Assembly (NCBI GenBank): GCA_046048995.1
Contig: JBJOEZ010000023.1
Location: 475 to 64,474, forward strand
DNA: 64,000 nucleotides
Reading direction: 5' to 3'
Source: Verrucomicrobiota bacterium
GTDB lineage: Bacteria > Verrucomicrobiota > Verrucomicrobiia > Limisphaerales > JADJPG01
Position numbers and translations under genes: made by a program. Below the pieces are notes generated by a model that had not been told where the DNA came from, did no database searches, and was given only the letters and a program-made list of their open reading frames with translations. Below are positions 55,743 through 64,000 of this stretch, in pieces (position 1 is the first letter of the stretch; every line of letters starts with the position of its first letter).

Positions 55743-58151
55743 ATGAGCTCCCCCGACACCGAATTCATCCGTATCCTTGGCGCGAACCCCGCCGAGGGAC
55801 TCGCCGAGGCCCCCGCCCAACGCCCCATCCCCAAGGCGCTCCCCAGCGTCCTCCCCGTCCTCGGCCTGTCCGACATCGTCATCTTCCCCGGCATGGTCGC
55901 CCCCCTGCTGGTCGATACCGCCCAGAGCATCCGCCTCATCGATGACGTGGTCGAGGGCAACCGCCTCGTCGGCCTCGTCCTCCAGAAGCGGGCCGACGTC
56001 GACAACCCCCTGCCCGAGGACCTCTACGAGCACGGCTGCGGCGCGCGCGTGCTCAGGATGCTCAAGTTCCCGGACAACACCGTCCGCGTCCTCGTCGAGG
56101 GCATCTGGCGCATCCACATCAAGGATTACGAGGCGCAAAGCCCCTACCTGCGCGCCCAAATCGAGGTGGTGCCCGACCTCGCCCCGGACTCCGTCGAGCT
56201 CACCGCCCTCTCCCGCAACGCCCACCGGCAGTTCCAGGAAATCATCAAGCTCACCCCCAACCTGCCCGAGCAGGTCAAGGTCGCCGCCCTCAACACCGAA
56301 GCCGGCGGCACCCTCACCGACCTGATCGCCGCCAACCTCAACCTCAGCCTCGAGGAACGCCAGGGGCTGATCGAGACCACCAGCGTCAAGGAACGCCTCG
56401 AGCGCCTCCAACCCCTCCTCAACCGCGAACTGGAGGTCCTCACCCTCAGCTCCAAGATCCAGAACGAGGTCGCCTCCACCATGGCCAAAAGCCAGCGCGA
56501 CTTCTTCCTCCGCGAACAGCTCCGCGCCATCCAGCGCGAACTGGGCGAGGGCGACCCCACCGCCGCCGAGGTCGCCAGCCTCCGCGCCCAAATCGAGCAG
56601 GGCTCCCTCCCCGAGGAGGTCCTCAAGGTCGCCCTCAAGGAACTGGAACGGCTCGCCCAGATGAGCCCGTCGGTGGCCGAATACACCATCACGCGCACCT
56701 ACCTCGACTGGATCCTCAGCCTGCCCTGGACCAAGACCACCGAGGACACCCTCGACCTGCCCGCCGCCGAACGCCTCCTCGACGCCCAGCATTACGGCCT
56801 CGGCAAGGTCAAGGAACGCCTCCTCGATTTCCTCGCCGTCATCAAGCTCAAGAAGGATCTCAAGGGCCCCATCCTCTGCCTCGTCGGCCCCCCCGGCGTC
56901 GGCAAAACCTCCCTCGGCAAAAGCGTGGCCGACGCCCTCGGGCGCAAGTTCGCCCGCATCGCCCTCGGCGGCCTCCGCGACGAGGCCGAAATCCGCGGCC
57001 ACCGCCGCACCTACGTCGGCGCCCTCCCCGGCCGCATCCTCCAGACCCTCCGCCGCGTCGAGACCCGCAACCCCGTCATCCTCCTCGACGAAATCGACAA
57101 GATCGGCTCCGACTTCCGCGGCGACCCCTCCAGCGCCCTCCTCGAGGTCCTCGACCCCGCCCAGAATCACACGTTCACCGACCACTACCTCGACCTGCCC
57201 TTCGATCTCTCCAGCGTCCTTTTCATCACCACCGCCAACTGGCTCGACCCCATCCAGCCCGCCCTGCGCGACCGCCTCGAGGTCATCAATCTCCCCAGCT
57301 ACACCGCCTCCGAGAAGCTCCAGATCGCCCGCCGCTACCTCGTCCCCCGCCAACTCCACGAACACGGCCTCGAACGGCGCCAGGTCCGCTTCCCCGACCC
57401 CACCCTCCGCCAGCTCGTCACCAGCTACACCCACGAGGCCGGCGTCCGCCAGCTCGAGCGCGAAATCGGCTCCCTCACCCGCAAGGCCGCCCGCCACATC
57501 CTCAGCCACCCGCGCGCCACCCGGCCCCTCAACATCGACGCCGACAAGCTCGTCGAGTTCCTCGGCCAACCCAGGTTCATCCCCGACACCGCCGAGAAAA
57601 TCCGCGACGCCGGCATCGCCATGGGCCTCGCCTGGACCCCCGTCGGCGGCGAAATCCTCTTCATCGAGGCCACCCGCATGCCCGGCTCCGGCAAGCTCAC
57701 CCTCACCGGCTCCCTCGGCGATGTCATGAAGGAAAGCGCCCAGACCGCCCTCAGCTACCTGCGCAGCCAGGCCGAGGCCCTCCACCTCACCCCCGACGAC
57801 TTCGCCAAGGCCGACCTCCACGTCCATGTCCCCGCCGGGGCCACCCCCAAGGACGGCCCCAGCGCCGGCAGCACCCTCGTCGTCGCCCTCGCCTCCCTCT
57901 TCACCCGGCGCCTCGTCCGCAGCGACCTCGCCATGACCGGCGAAATCAGCCTGCGCGGCCGCATCCTCCGGGTCGGCGGCATCAAGGAAAAGGTCCTCGC
58001 CGCCGCCCGCTCCGGCCTCCACCACGTCGTCCTCCCCGAGCAAAACCGCCACGACTGGTCCGAGGTGCCCGCCGAGGTCCGCGCCAAAATGAAGGCCCAC
58101 TTCGTCGGCACCATCGCCGACCTCCTCAAGGTCGCCCTCAAGCCGGCATGA
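55743..58151 (+). CDS. lon: endopeptidase La (Lon protease)
   Basis: LON N-domain LPVLGLSDIVIFPGMVAPL. Walker A GPPGVGKTS. Walker B ILLDEIDK. Protease Ser motif PKDGPSAG. Confidence 0.93.
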   Translation: MSSPDTEFIRILGANPAEGLAEAPAQRPIPKALPSVLPVLGLSDIVIFPGMVAPLLVDTAQSIRLIDDVVEGNRLVGLVLQKRADVDNPLPEDLYEHGCGARVLRMLKFPDNTVRVLVEGIWRIHIKDYEAQSPYLRAQIEVVPDLAPDSVELTALSRNAHRQFQEIIKLTPNLPEQVKVAALNTEAGGTLTDLIAANLNLSLEERQGLIETTSVKERLERLQPLLNRELEVLTLSSKIQNEVASTMAKSQRDFFLREQLRAIQRELGEGDPTAAEVASLRAQIEQGSLPEEVLKVALKELERLAQMSPSVAEYTITRTYLDWILSLPWTKTTEDTLDLPAAERLLDAQHYGLGKVKERLLDFLAVIKLKKDLKGPILCLVGPPGVGKTSLGKSVADALGRKFARIALGGLRDEAEIRGHRRTYVGALPGRILQTLRRVETRNPVILLDEIDKIGSDFRGDPSSALLEVLDPAQNHTFTDHYLDLPFDLSSVLFITTANWLDPIQPALRDRLEVINLPSYTASEKLQIARRYLVPRQLHEHGLERRQVRFPDPTLRQLVTSYTHEAGVRQLEREIGSLTRKAARHILSHPRATRPLNIDADKLVEFLGQPRFIPDTAEKIRDAGIAMGLAWTPVGGEILFIEATRMPGSGKLTLTGSLGDVMKESAQTALSYLRSQAEALHLTPDDFAKADLHVHVPAGATPKDGPSAGSTLVVALASLFTRRLVRSDLAMTGEISLRGRILRVGGIKEKVLAAARSGLHHVVLPEQNRHDWSEVPAEVRAKMKAHFVGTIADLLKVALKPA

Positions 58152-58933
58152 AGCCCGGCCGCCCCCTCACCCTGGCCGCCAGGCTCCTCCTCCTTCTCCT
58201 GGCCGCCCTCCCCACCCGCCCCGTCCCCGCCCAAACCCCCGCCGGCGCCCCCCTCCCCACCGCCGCCATCCTGCAGCCCGAACAACAGGGCGCCCAACTC
58301 GCCGCCCGCCTGCGCGAGGCCGCCCCCGTCGCCGCCGACGAATTCCAGGGCTCCCTCGAAATCATCGCCCGCGACGATTCCATCACCACCCTCCCCATCG
58401 TCTCCCGCATCACCCCCGGCACCAACCACTGGTCCGTCTCCTACCTCGCCCGCGACCCCGCCGGCCGGCCGCTCGAGGAACTCACCATCCTTCACGCCCC
58501 CGGCCGCCCCAACGCCTACCGCCTCGCCGCCGGCCCCGCCTCCAACACCGTGCCCGCCCCGCCCCTGAGCCGGCCCTTCGCCGGTTCCGACTTCTGGCTC
58601 GGCGATCTCGGCCTCGAGTTCCTCCACTGGCCCGGCCAGCGCGTCGTCACCAACGAGATGCGCCACAGCCGCTCCTGCTGGGTCCTCGAAAGCACCACGC
58701 CCAAGCCCGAGCCCGGCGGCTACGCCCGCGTCCTCTCCTGGATCGACGTGGAACACGACGGCATCCTGCGCGCCGACGCCCACGGCCCCGACGGCCGGCT
58801 GCTCAAGGAGTTCCGCCTCGGGCCCATGCGGAAAATCGACGGGCGCTGGCAGCTCGAAAGCATGAAGATGCGCACGCGCGCCACCGACAGCGAGACGGAG
58901 CTCAGGTTCAACCTCGCCCGCCCCGGCCGCTGA
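58148..58933 (+). CDS. outer-membrane lipoprotein-sorting (LolA-like) family protein
   Basis: Signal peptide. The FAGSDFWLGDL motif and C-terminal beta-rich region are typical of the LolA_like family. ATGA overlap with lon. Confidence 0.65.
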   Translation: MKPGRPLTLAARLLLLLLAALPTRPVPAQTPAGAPLPTAAILQPEQQGAQLAARLREAAPVAADEFQGSLEIIARDDSITTLPIVSRITPGTNHWSVSYLARDPAGRPLEELTILHAPGRPNAYRLAAGPASNTVPAPPLSRPFAGSDFWLGDLGLEFLHWPGQRVVTNEMRHSRSCWVLESTTPKPEPGGYARVLSWIDVEHDGILRADAHGPDGRLLKEFRLGPMRKIDGRWQLESMKMRTRATDSETELRFNLARPGR

Positions 58934-58943
58934 CCCTCCCCCC

Positions 58944-59321
58944 ATGATCCTCGGCACCGGCATCGACCTCATCGAGGTGGAACGCATCCGCGCCTCCCAC
59001 ACCAAGTTCGGGGAACGCTTCCTCCAGCGCATCCTGCGCGAGGCCGAAATCGCCTACTGCCTCTCCCACCGCGATCCCGCCCCCTTCCTCGCCGCCCGCT
59101 TCGCCGCCAAGGAGGCCATCTCCAAGGCCTTCGGCACCGGCATCGGCGCCGCCCTCGGCTGGCGCGACATGGAGATCGCCCGGCACCCCAGCGGACAACC
59201 CCACGTCCTCCTCCACGACGCCGGTCTGCGCCTCATGGCCGAACGCGGCGGACGCGTCCTCCACCTCAGCCTCAGCCACACCGAGGTCCACGCCACCGCC
59301 ATCGCCATCCTCGAATCCTGA
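58944..59321 (+). CDS. acpS: holo-[acyl-carrier-protein] synthase
   Basis: MILGTGIDLIEVERI..., FAAKEAISKAFG and SLSHT are canonical AcpS motifs. 125 aa. Confidence 0.9.
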   Translation: MILGTGIDLIEVERIRASHTKFGERFLQRILREAEIAYCLSHRDPAPFLAARFAAKEAISKAFGTGIGAALGWRDMEIARHPSGQPHVLLHDAGLRLMAERGGRVLHLSLSHTEVHATAIAILES

Positions 59322-59421
59322 GCCGCCCAACCGCCCCCCGGGCGCTTGCGTCCCCCCTCTCCCGCCGCTACAACCCTAACGCCCTTCCATCAACGGAACC
59401 GGCCCGCAACCCGCCCAGCCG

Positions 59422-61488
59422 ATGCCATCGCCCCGCCCGACCGACCGCCGCCGCCGCTCCCGGACTCCCCGTCTCCTCGGCGCCCTGCTTGCCCTCGCGG
59501 CCGCCCTCCTCCCCGCCGCGGCCGCCCCCGCCCCCGCCCAAGGGCTGACTCTCACCGTCACCGCCACCGCCGGTAACGCCACCGACACTTCCCTTGTCCC
59601 GGGCGTCTCCCTCTACGTCGCCCGCGGCGAGGCCCCCGCGCCCTTCGTCCCGGCCGGACCCTTCGAGGCCGTGTGGACCGGATCAATCCTCGCGGAACTG
59701 CGCGGCCAATACCGGTTCCGCGCCGAGGCCGGCGGGGCCTTCACCCTCACCCTCCACGGCACCAACATCCTCGAGGCCGGCCCCGGCAGCCCCGCGCTGA
59801 GCAACCCCGTCCAGCTCAACAAGGGGTCCAACGCCTTCCGCGCCGTCCTCCGCAGCCCCGCCACGGGCGACACCTTCGTGCGGCTCTCCTGGACCGAGAC
59901 CGGCACCAACACCAGCCCCATTCCTGCCGCCGCCTTCCGCCCCGCCCCCAGCCCGGCCCTGGCCGCCGCCACCCAGCGGCACCTCGGGCGCGAACTGTTC
60001 CTCGAGAACCGCTGCGTCCGCTGCCACGGCGACGGCGCCCCCACCGGCGCCGCCGCCGTCCCCGAGCTCGCCATGGACGCCCCCTCCCTCGAGGGCATTG
60101 GCGCCCGCCGCCGCAGCGGCTGGCTGGCCAAGTGGATCCTCGACCCCCACTCGCTCCGCCCCTCCGCCCGCATGCCCCGCCTCCTCTCCGGCCCCGACGC
60201 CCCCGCCGAGGCCGAGGCCATGGCCGCCTACCTCGCCTCGCTCACGTCCGGCGGGGAACCCAAAACCCTCCCGGCCGCCTACCAAACCCGCCAGCCCACC
60301 CCCGGCGCGGAGGAGGGCAACGCCCCGGCCGGCGGCGAGCCCGCGCCGCTCTACGAACGCCTGCATTGCGCCGGCTGCCACAATCCGCCCAACGCCACCC
60401 AGCCCGATCCCGCCAAGCTGTCCCAGCGCGGCATCGCCGAGAAGTTCCCGCCCGGCCGCCTGGCCGAGCTGCTGCGCGCCCCCGAGGCGCACTACGCCTG
60501 GACGCGCATGCCCAACTTCCACCTGGGCGAGGCCGAGGCCCGCGAGCTGGAGGAATGGCTCTTCGCCGCCGCCCCCAAGCCGCAGCTCGCCGCCGTGCCC
60601 TCCAGCCCGGCCCTCATCGAGAAGGGCCGCCGCCTCGTGCAGGAACGCGGCTGCCTGAACTGCCATCAGCTCCCCCTGGAAAACCAGTTCAAGTCCCTCC
60701 CGCTCGCCCGGCTGCAGGAACGCGCCGCCGCCCCCGGCCCCGCCGGCTGCCTCGGCCCGCAGCCGCCCGCCCACTACGGGTTCTCCCCGGAGCACCGGGA
60801 CGCCCTCACCGCCTTCCTCCGGTCGGGGTTCGCCTCCCTCTCCCGCCATGTGCCGGCTGAGTTCGCCGCCCGCCAGGTGCGCGACCTCCAGTGCGCCTCC
60901 TGCCACGGGGAGCTCGAGGGATTCCCGCACCTGGACCTGCTCGGCGCCAAGCTGAAGCCCGAGTGGATGACGCGGTTCATCGGCGGCCAAATCCGGCACA
61001 AGATCCGTTTCGACAACCACCCCTCCGGCCTGCCCTGGCTGGCCAGCCGCATGCCGGCCTTCCCGGCCCGCGCCGGCGCCCTCGCCACCGGGCTGGCCGC
61101 CCAGGCCGGTTTCCCCGCCCGGTCGGCCGCCGAGCCGCCCCTCGATCCCGTCCTGGCCGCGGCCGGGCACAAGCTGGTTGGCAAGGACGGCGGCCTTTCC
61201 TGCGTGCAATGCCATGCGGTTGGCTCCTTCCAGGCCATGGACGTCTTCGAGAGCGAGGGCGTGAACCTCGCGTGGACGGCGGAGCGGTTGCAGCCGGAGT
61301 TTTACGGACGCTGGATGCGCGCGCCCCTCAGCGTGGATCCGCAGACCAAGATGCCCACCTACTTTGAGGACGGCCGCAGCCCGCTCACCGACATCCTGGA
61401 GGGCAGCGCGGACCGCCAAATCCTCGGGCTGTGGCATTACCTGCGGCAGGGGGACGCGATGCCGCGGCCGCGCACCGGCGCGGAATGA
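59422..61488 (+). CDS. secreted multi-heme c-type cytochrome (five CxxCH) with PA14-like N-terminal domain
   Basis: Signal peptide with a twin-Arg-rich n-region. Heme sites CVRCH, CAGCH, CLNCH, CASCH, CVQCH. The N-terminal segment GPFEAVWTGSILAELRGQYRFRAEAGGAFTLTLHG is PA14-like. Confidence 0.8.
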   Translation: MPSPRPTDRRRRSRTPRLLGALLALAAALLPAAAAPAPAQGLTLTVTATAGNATDTSLVPGVSLYVARGEAPAPFVPAGPFEAVWTGSILAELRGQYRFRAEAGGAFTLTLHGTNILEAGPGSPALSNPVQLNKGSNAFRAVLRSPATGDTFVRLSWTETGTNTSPIPAAAFRPAPSPALAAATQRHLGRELFLENRCVRCHGDGAPTGAAAVPELAMDAPSLEGIGARRRSGWLAKWILDPHSLRPSARMPRLLSGPDAPAEAEAMAAYLASLTSGGEPKTLPAAYQTRQPTPGAEEGNAPAGGEPAPLYERLHCAGCHNPPNATQPDPAKLSQRGIAEKFPPGRLAELLRAPEAHYAWTRMPNFHLGEAEARELEEWLFAAAPKPQLAAVPSSPALIEKGRRLVQERGCLNCHQLPLENQFKSLPLARLQERAAAPGPAGCLGPQPPAHYGFSPEHRDALTAFLRSGFASLSRHVPAEFAARQVRDLQCASCHGELEGFPHLDLLGAKLKPEWMTRFIGGQIRHKIRFDNHPSGLPWLASRMPAFPARAGALATGLAAQAGFPARSAAEPPLDPVLAAAGHKLVGKDGGLSCVQCHAVGSFQAMDVFESEGVNLAWTAERLQPEFYGRWMRAPLSVDPQTKMPTYFEDGRSPLTDILEGSADRQILGLWHYLRQGDAMPRPRTGAE

Positions 61489-61567
61489 GCGGCCGGGCCG
61501 GGAGGGCCGCCGCGCGGGCGGCCTTCTTTGAAGACAATCCCCCCGGCAGCGTCTGAAAAGCCCTCGC

Positions 61568-62779
61568 ATGAACGCCGAGCCCAGCCCGTCCCACGCCGCC
61601 CCCGCCGGTGCCGAGTTGCACGCCCGCACCCGCCTGATCCACGGGCCCGACACCGTGGAGCGCGTGGGGGACCTCGCCCTCGAACTGGGCGCGCGCGCCG
61701 TGCTGCTGGTGACCGACCCCGGCATCGCGCAGGCCGGCCACGCCGCGCGCGTGGAACGACTCCTGCAGCAGGCCGGCCTCGGCGTGGTGGTCTTTGCCGA
61801 GGCCGGCGAGAATCCCACCACGCACGACGTGGACCGCTGCCTGCGCGTGGCCCGCGAGTCGGGCATCGATTTCCTGGTCGGCCTGGGCGGCGGCAGCGCC
61901 ATGGACACCGCCAAGGGCTGCAACTTTCTCCTCACCAACGGCGGCCGCATGCAGGACTACTGGGGGGTGGGCAAGGCGGCCAAGCCGATGCTCCCCCTCA
62001 TCGCCATCCCGACCACCGCCGGCACCGGCAGCGAATGCCAGAGCGCCGCGCTCATCGCCGACGCGGACACGCACCAGAAGATGGCCTGCCTCGACCCCAA
62101 GGCGGCCGCGCGCGTGGCCATCCTCGACCCCGTCCTCACGCTCTCCCAGCCGCCGCGCGTCACCGCCTGCACCGGCATCGACGCCCTCACCCACGCGGTG
62201 GAGGCCGCGGTGACCCGCAAGCGCAATCCCTTCTCGTCCCTCTACGCGCACGAGGCCTTCCGCCTGACCGCCGGCAGCCTGGCCCGCGTGATGCAGCACC
62301 CGCTGGACCTCGACGCCCGCGGCCGCATGCAGCTGGGCGCCGCCTTCGCCGGCCTCGCCATCGAGCATTCCATGCTCGGGGCCGCCCATTCCACCGCCAA
62401 TCCCCTCACCGCCCACTTCCAAGTCGTCCATGGCCAGGCCGTCGGCCTCATGCTCCCGGCCGTCATGCGCTTCAACACCGGCGACCCCGCCGCCCTCCGC
62501 ATCTACGCCGACCTCGCCGCCATCCTCGGCCTGCCCGGCGCCTTGCAGGATCCCGCCACGGCCGCACGCGCCCTCATCATCCACGTGGAAGCCCTCCTCA
62601 ACGACGCCCACCTGCCCGCCAGCCTCGCCGACTGCGGCGTGCCCCACGGCGCCATCCCCCGCCTGGCCGAGGAGGCCGCCCGCCAGTGGACCGCCCAGTT
62701 CAATCCCCGCCCCGTCACCCCCCAGGACTTCGTCGGCCTCTACGAGGCCGCCTTCCAACCCCGGACCCGCGCCGCCTAA
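61568..62779 (+). CDS. iron-containing (group III) alcohol dehydrogenase
   Basis: GGGSAMDTAKG NAD(P)/Fe motif, PTTAGTGSE, and conserved His cluster GIDALTHAVEA ... HS. Confidence 0.9.
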   Translation: MNAEPSPSHAAPAGAELHARTRLIHGPDTVERVGDLALELGARAVLLVTDPGIAQAGHAARVERLLQQAGLGVVVFAEAGENPTTHDVDRCLRVARESGIDFLVGLGGGSAMDTAKGCNFLLTNGGRMQDYWGVGKAAKPMLPLIAIPTTAGTGSECQSAALIADADTHQKMACLDPKAAARVAILDPVLTLSQPPRVTACTGIDALTHAVEAAVTRKRNPFSSLYAHEAFRLTAGSLARVMQHPLDLDARGRMQLGAAFAGLAIEHSMLGAAHSTANPLTAHFQVVHGQAVGLMLPAVMRFNTGDPAALRIYADLAAILGLPGALQDPATAARALIIHVEALLNDAHLPASLADCGVPHGAIPRLAEEAARQWTAQFNPRPVTPQDFVGLYEAAFQPRTRAA

Positions 62780-62804
62780 ACGGCATCCCCCTCCCCGCCC
62801 GGGC

Positions 62805-62832
62805 AAAAAAAAGGCCGCGCAAACGCGCGGCC
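62805..62832 (-). terminator. rho-independent terminator for the minus-strand lipoprotein gene (hairpin shared with the convergent ADH gene)
   Basis: The minus strand reads GGCCGCGC-GTTT-GCGCGGCC followed by TTTTTTTT. It lies 23 bp past the TAA of 62855..63232 and 26 bp past the ADH stop. Confidence 0.8.
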
Positions 62833-62854
62833 GGGTGGGAAAAGCTGGAACGCC

Positions 62855-63232
62855 TTACTTGATGTTCAGGATGTAATCCTTGGTCCGCTTGCTGGAGTTC
62901 TTCACGCCGCCAAAGACGGTGTACTGGAAGTCCACCTTGATGTAATACTCGGCCGAGTTCTGGTTGGGCGGGACGGGGATCCAGGCTTCCCAGCGGTTGT
63001 TCATCTTCATCACGGGCTTCATCTCGTAGGTGCCCATGCCGGCCACCACGAAGGGCTTGATCGTCTCCGGGCGGACGGTCTGCTGGTTGGAATCCCACTG
63101 ATACTCGATGCGATACATGCCCTTGGGGTCCCGGGCGACGGTCGAGGAAGTCAGGTTCGTGATGGTGTTGGTCACGCAGCCGGTGACCACAAACGCCGCG
63201 AGCGAGGCCACCAACATCAAGGTTTTCATCAT
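62855..63232 (-). CDS. small lipoprotein, unknown function
   Basis: Start trimmed to ATG 63232: MMKTLMLVASLAAFVVTGC (lipobox). 125 aa with ordinary composition, followed by a strong terminator. Confidence 0.65.
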   Translation of the reverse strand: MMKTLMLVASLAAFVVTGCVTNTITNLTSSTVARDPKGMYRIEYQWDSNQQTVRPETIKPFVVAGMGTYEMKPVMKMNNRWEAWIPVPPNQNSAEYYIKVDFQYTVFGGVKNSSKRTKDYILNIK

Positions 63233-63288
63233 AGCGGGCGGAGAGTGGCACGCGCCGCGAAACCTTGGCAAGGGGGATTTGGCCCCCC

Positions 63289-63472
63289 GTAGCGGCGGAC
63301 GTCCGTCCGCCGAAGCTCCCCCCTCCGCCGGCTCACGCCGGCGGCTACACGCCCCCGTAGCGGCGGACGTCCGTCCGCCGAAGCCCCTCCCTCCGCCGGC
63401 TCACGCCGGCGGCTACGCGCCCCCGTAGCGGCGGACGTCCGTCCGCCGAAGCCCCCCTCCGCCGGCGGCAAC
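63289..63472 (+). repeat. second array (2 full + 1 truncated copy, period 68 bp) of the double-hairpin repeat family
   Basis: Units lie at 63289-63348, 63357-63416 and 63425-~63472. The unit is GTAGCGGCGGACGTCCGTCCGCCGAAGC..CCTCCGCCGGCTCACGCCGGCGGCTAC. Same orientation and architecture as 4755-4943, with different loop bases and a compensated stem pair. Confidence 0.8.
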
Positions 63473-63626
63473 GCTTTCAGCGAACGGACCAGCAAGGAAG
63501 TCCGCAGGAAGTCGCGCCGCACCGCCCACCGAGGCCGGCCCGGGAAAAATAAACTGGGGGATGTTTGTCTGAATTCCCGTCCGGTGACGGTGAATTTATG
63601 GACAGCACGCACCAACAACACCCCCG

Positions 63627-64000
63627 ATGGCCAACGCAACCCTCAACCCACTCCTGCAGGAGGTCCGCGGCCGGATCGGCCCGGTCGTGTTCCGGCATTT
63701 CCGGGGAAAGACCGTGGTGCAACGGGCGCCGGACATGAGCCGCGTGGTGGCCTCCCCGGCCCAATTGGCGCAGCGGGAACGCTTCCAGCGGGCGGCGGCG
63801 CATGGCCGGGCTGTCCTGGCCGACCCGGCCCTCCGGGACTTGCATGCGCCGCGCGCGCGGAGCCGGGGTCTTACTGTCTATGCCCTGTGCGTGGCGGACT
63901 ACCTGGGCGCGCCGGAGGGCCAAGCGGGGGCGGGGCCGGGCGCCGGGGGGCGTGGGGAGAGGTCAGCCCAGGCGGTAGTGGATGCTGGCGGCGCGGGGGC
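63627..64000 (+). CDS. hypothetical protein, 5' part only (open to the window end)
   Basis: Own translation from ATG 63627: MANATLNPLLQEVRGRIGPVVFRHFRGKTVVQRAPDMSRVVASPAQLAQRERFQRAAAHGRAV... There is no stop before position 64000. The opposing 148-aa ORF looks like junk. No family recognised with certainty. Confidence 0.35.
   Translation, partial: MANATLNPLLQEVRGRIGPVVFRHFRGKTVVQRAPDMSRVVASPAQLAQRERFQRAAAHGRAVLADPALRDLHAPRARSRGLTVYALCVADYLGAPEGQAGAGPGAGGRGERSAQAVVDAGGAG

Noticed and set aside
55716-58100. 794-aa minus-strand ORF opposite lon
   Set aside because: lon is certain (GPPGVGKTS, PKDGPSAG). The opposing ORF is a G/A/E/D/V-rich shadow.

Overview
This is a high-GC chromosomal segment. 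Hand-counted sample lines give roughly 65-75 % GC, except for the first ~2.45 kb, which is ~45-50 %. The gene content points to a PVC-superphylum, Verrucomicrobiota-like bacterium: a PVC-type heme-binding CxxCH protein, a DUF1559/prepilin-type protein, a PEP-CTERM protein and many large secreted proteins. I support about 48 protein-coding genes. I saw no rRNA, tRNA, CRISPR array, transposase or integrase. Well-supported housekeeping genes are hrpB, yacG, ccsA/resB (system II cytochrome c biogenesis), cysC, purF, hsp20, lon, acpS, an Fe-dependent alcohol dehydrogenase, an HDAC-type deacetylase and an MFS (UMF1) transporter. There are two glycan-biosynthesis loci. The first (1583-6013) holds a methyltransferase, GT4, GT2 and GT9 heptosyltransferase. 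The second (37060-42662) holds a PEP-CTERM protein, APS kinase, CHST-like sulfotransferase, FkbM methyltransferase, GT4 and GT2. The most unusual content is (i) a 12.2-kb operon of three tightly coupled giant secreted proteins (12369-24528), whose largest member I cannot assign to any family; (ii) the candidate sulfated/methylated glycan locus; (iii) a family of ~60-nt double-hairpin repeats in tandem triplets at two loci, with a compensatory stem substitution between loci; and (iv) a low-GC block at the left edge encoding a membrane-tethered ECF sigma factor and a methyltransferase. The ORF track uses ATG, GTG and TTG as starts and reports maximal ORFs, so many starts were trimmed by hand. 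In this GC-rich DNA, many very long ORFs antisense to real genes are artefacts and were rejected. All functional calls rest on motifs I recognise by eye; no database search was run.
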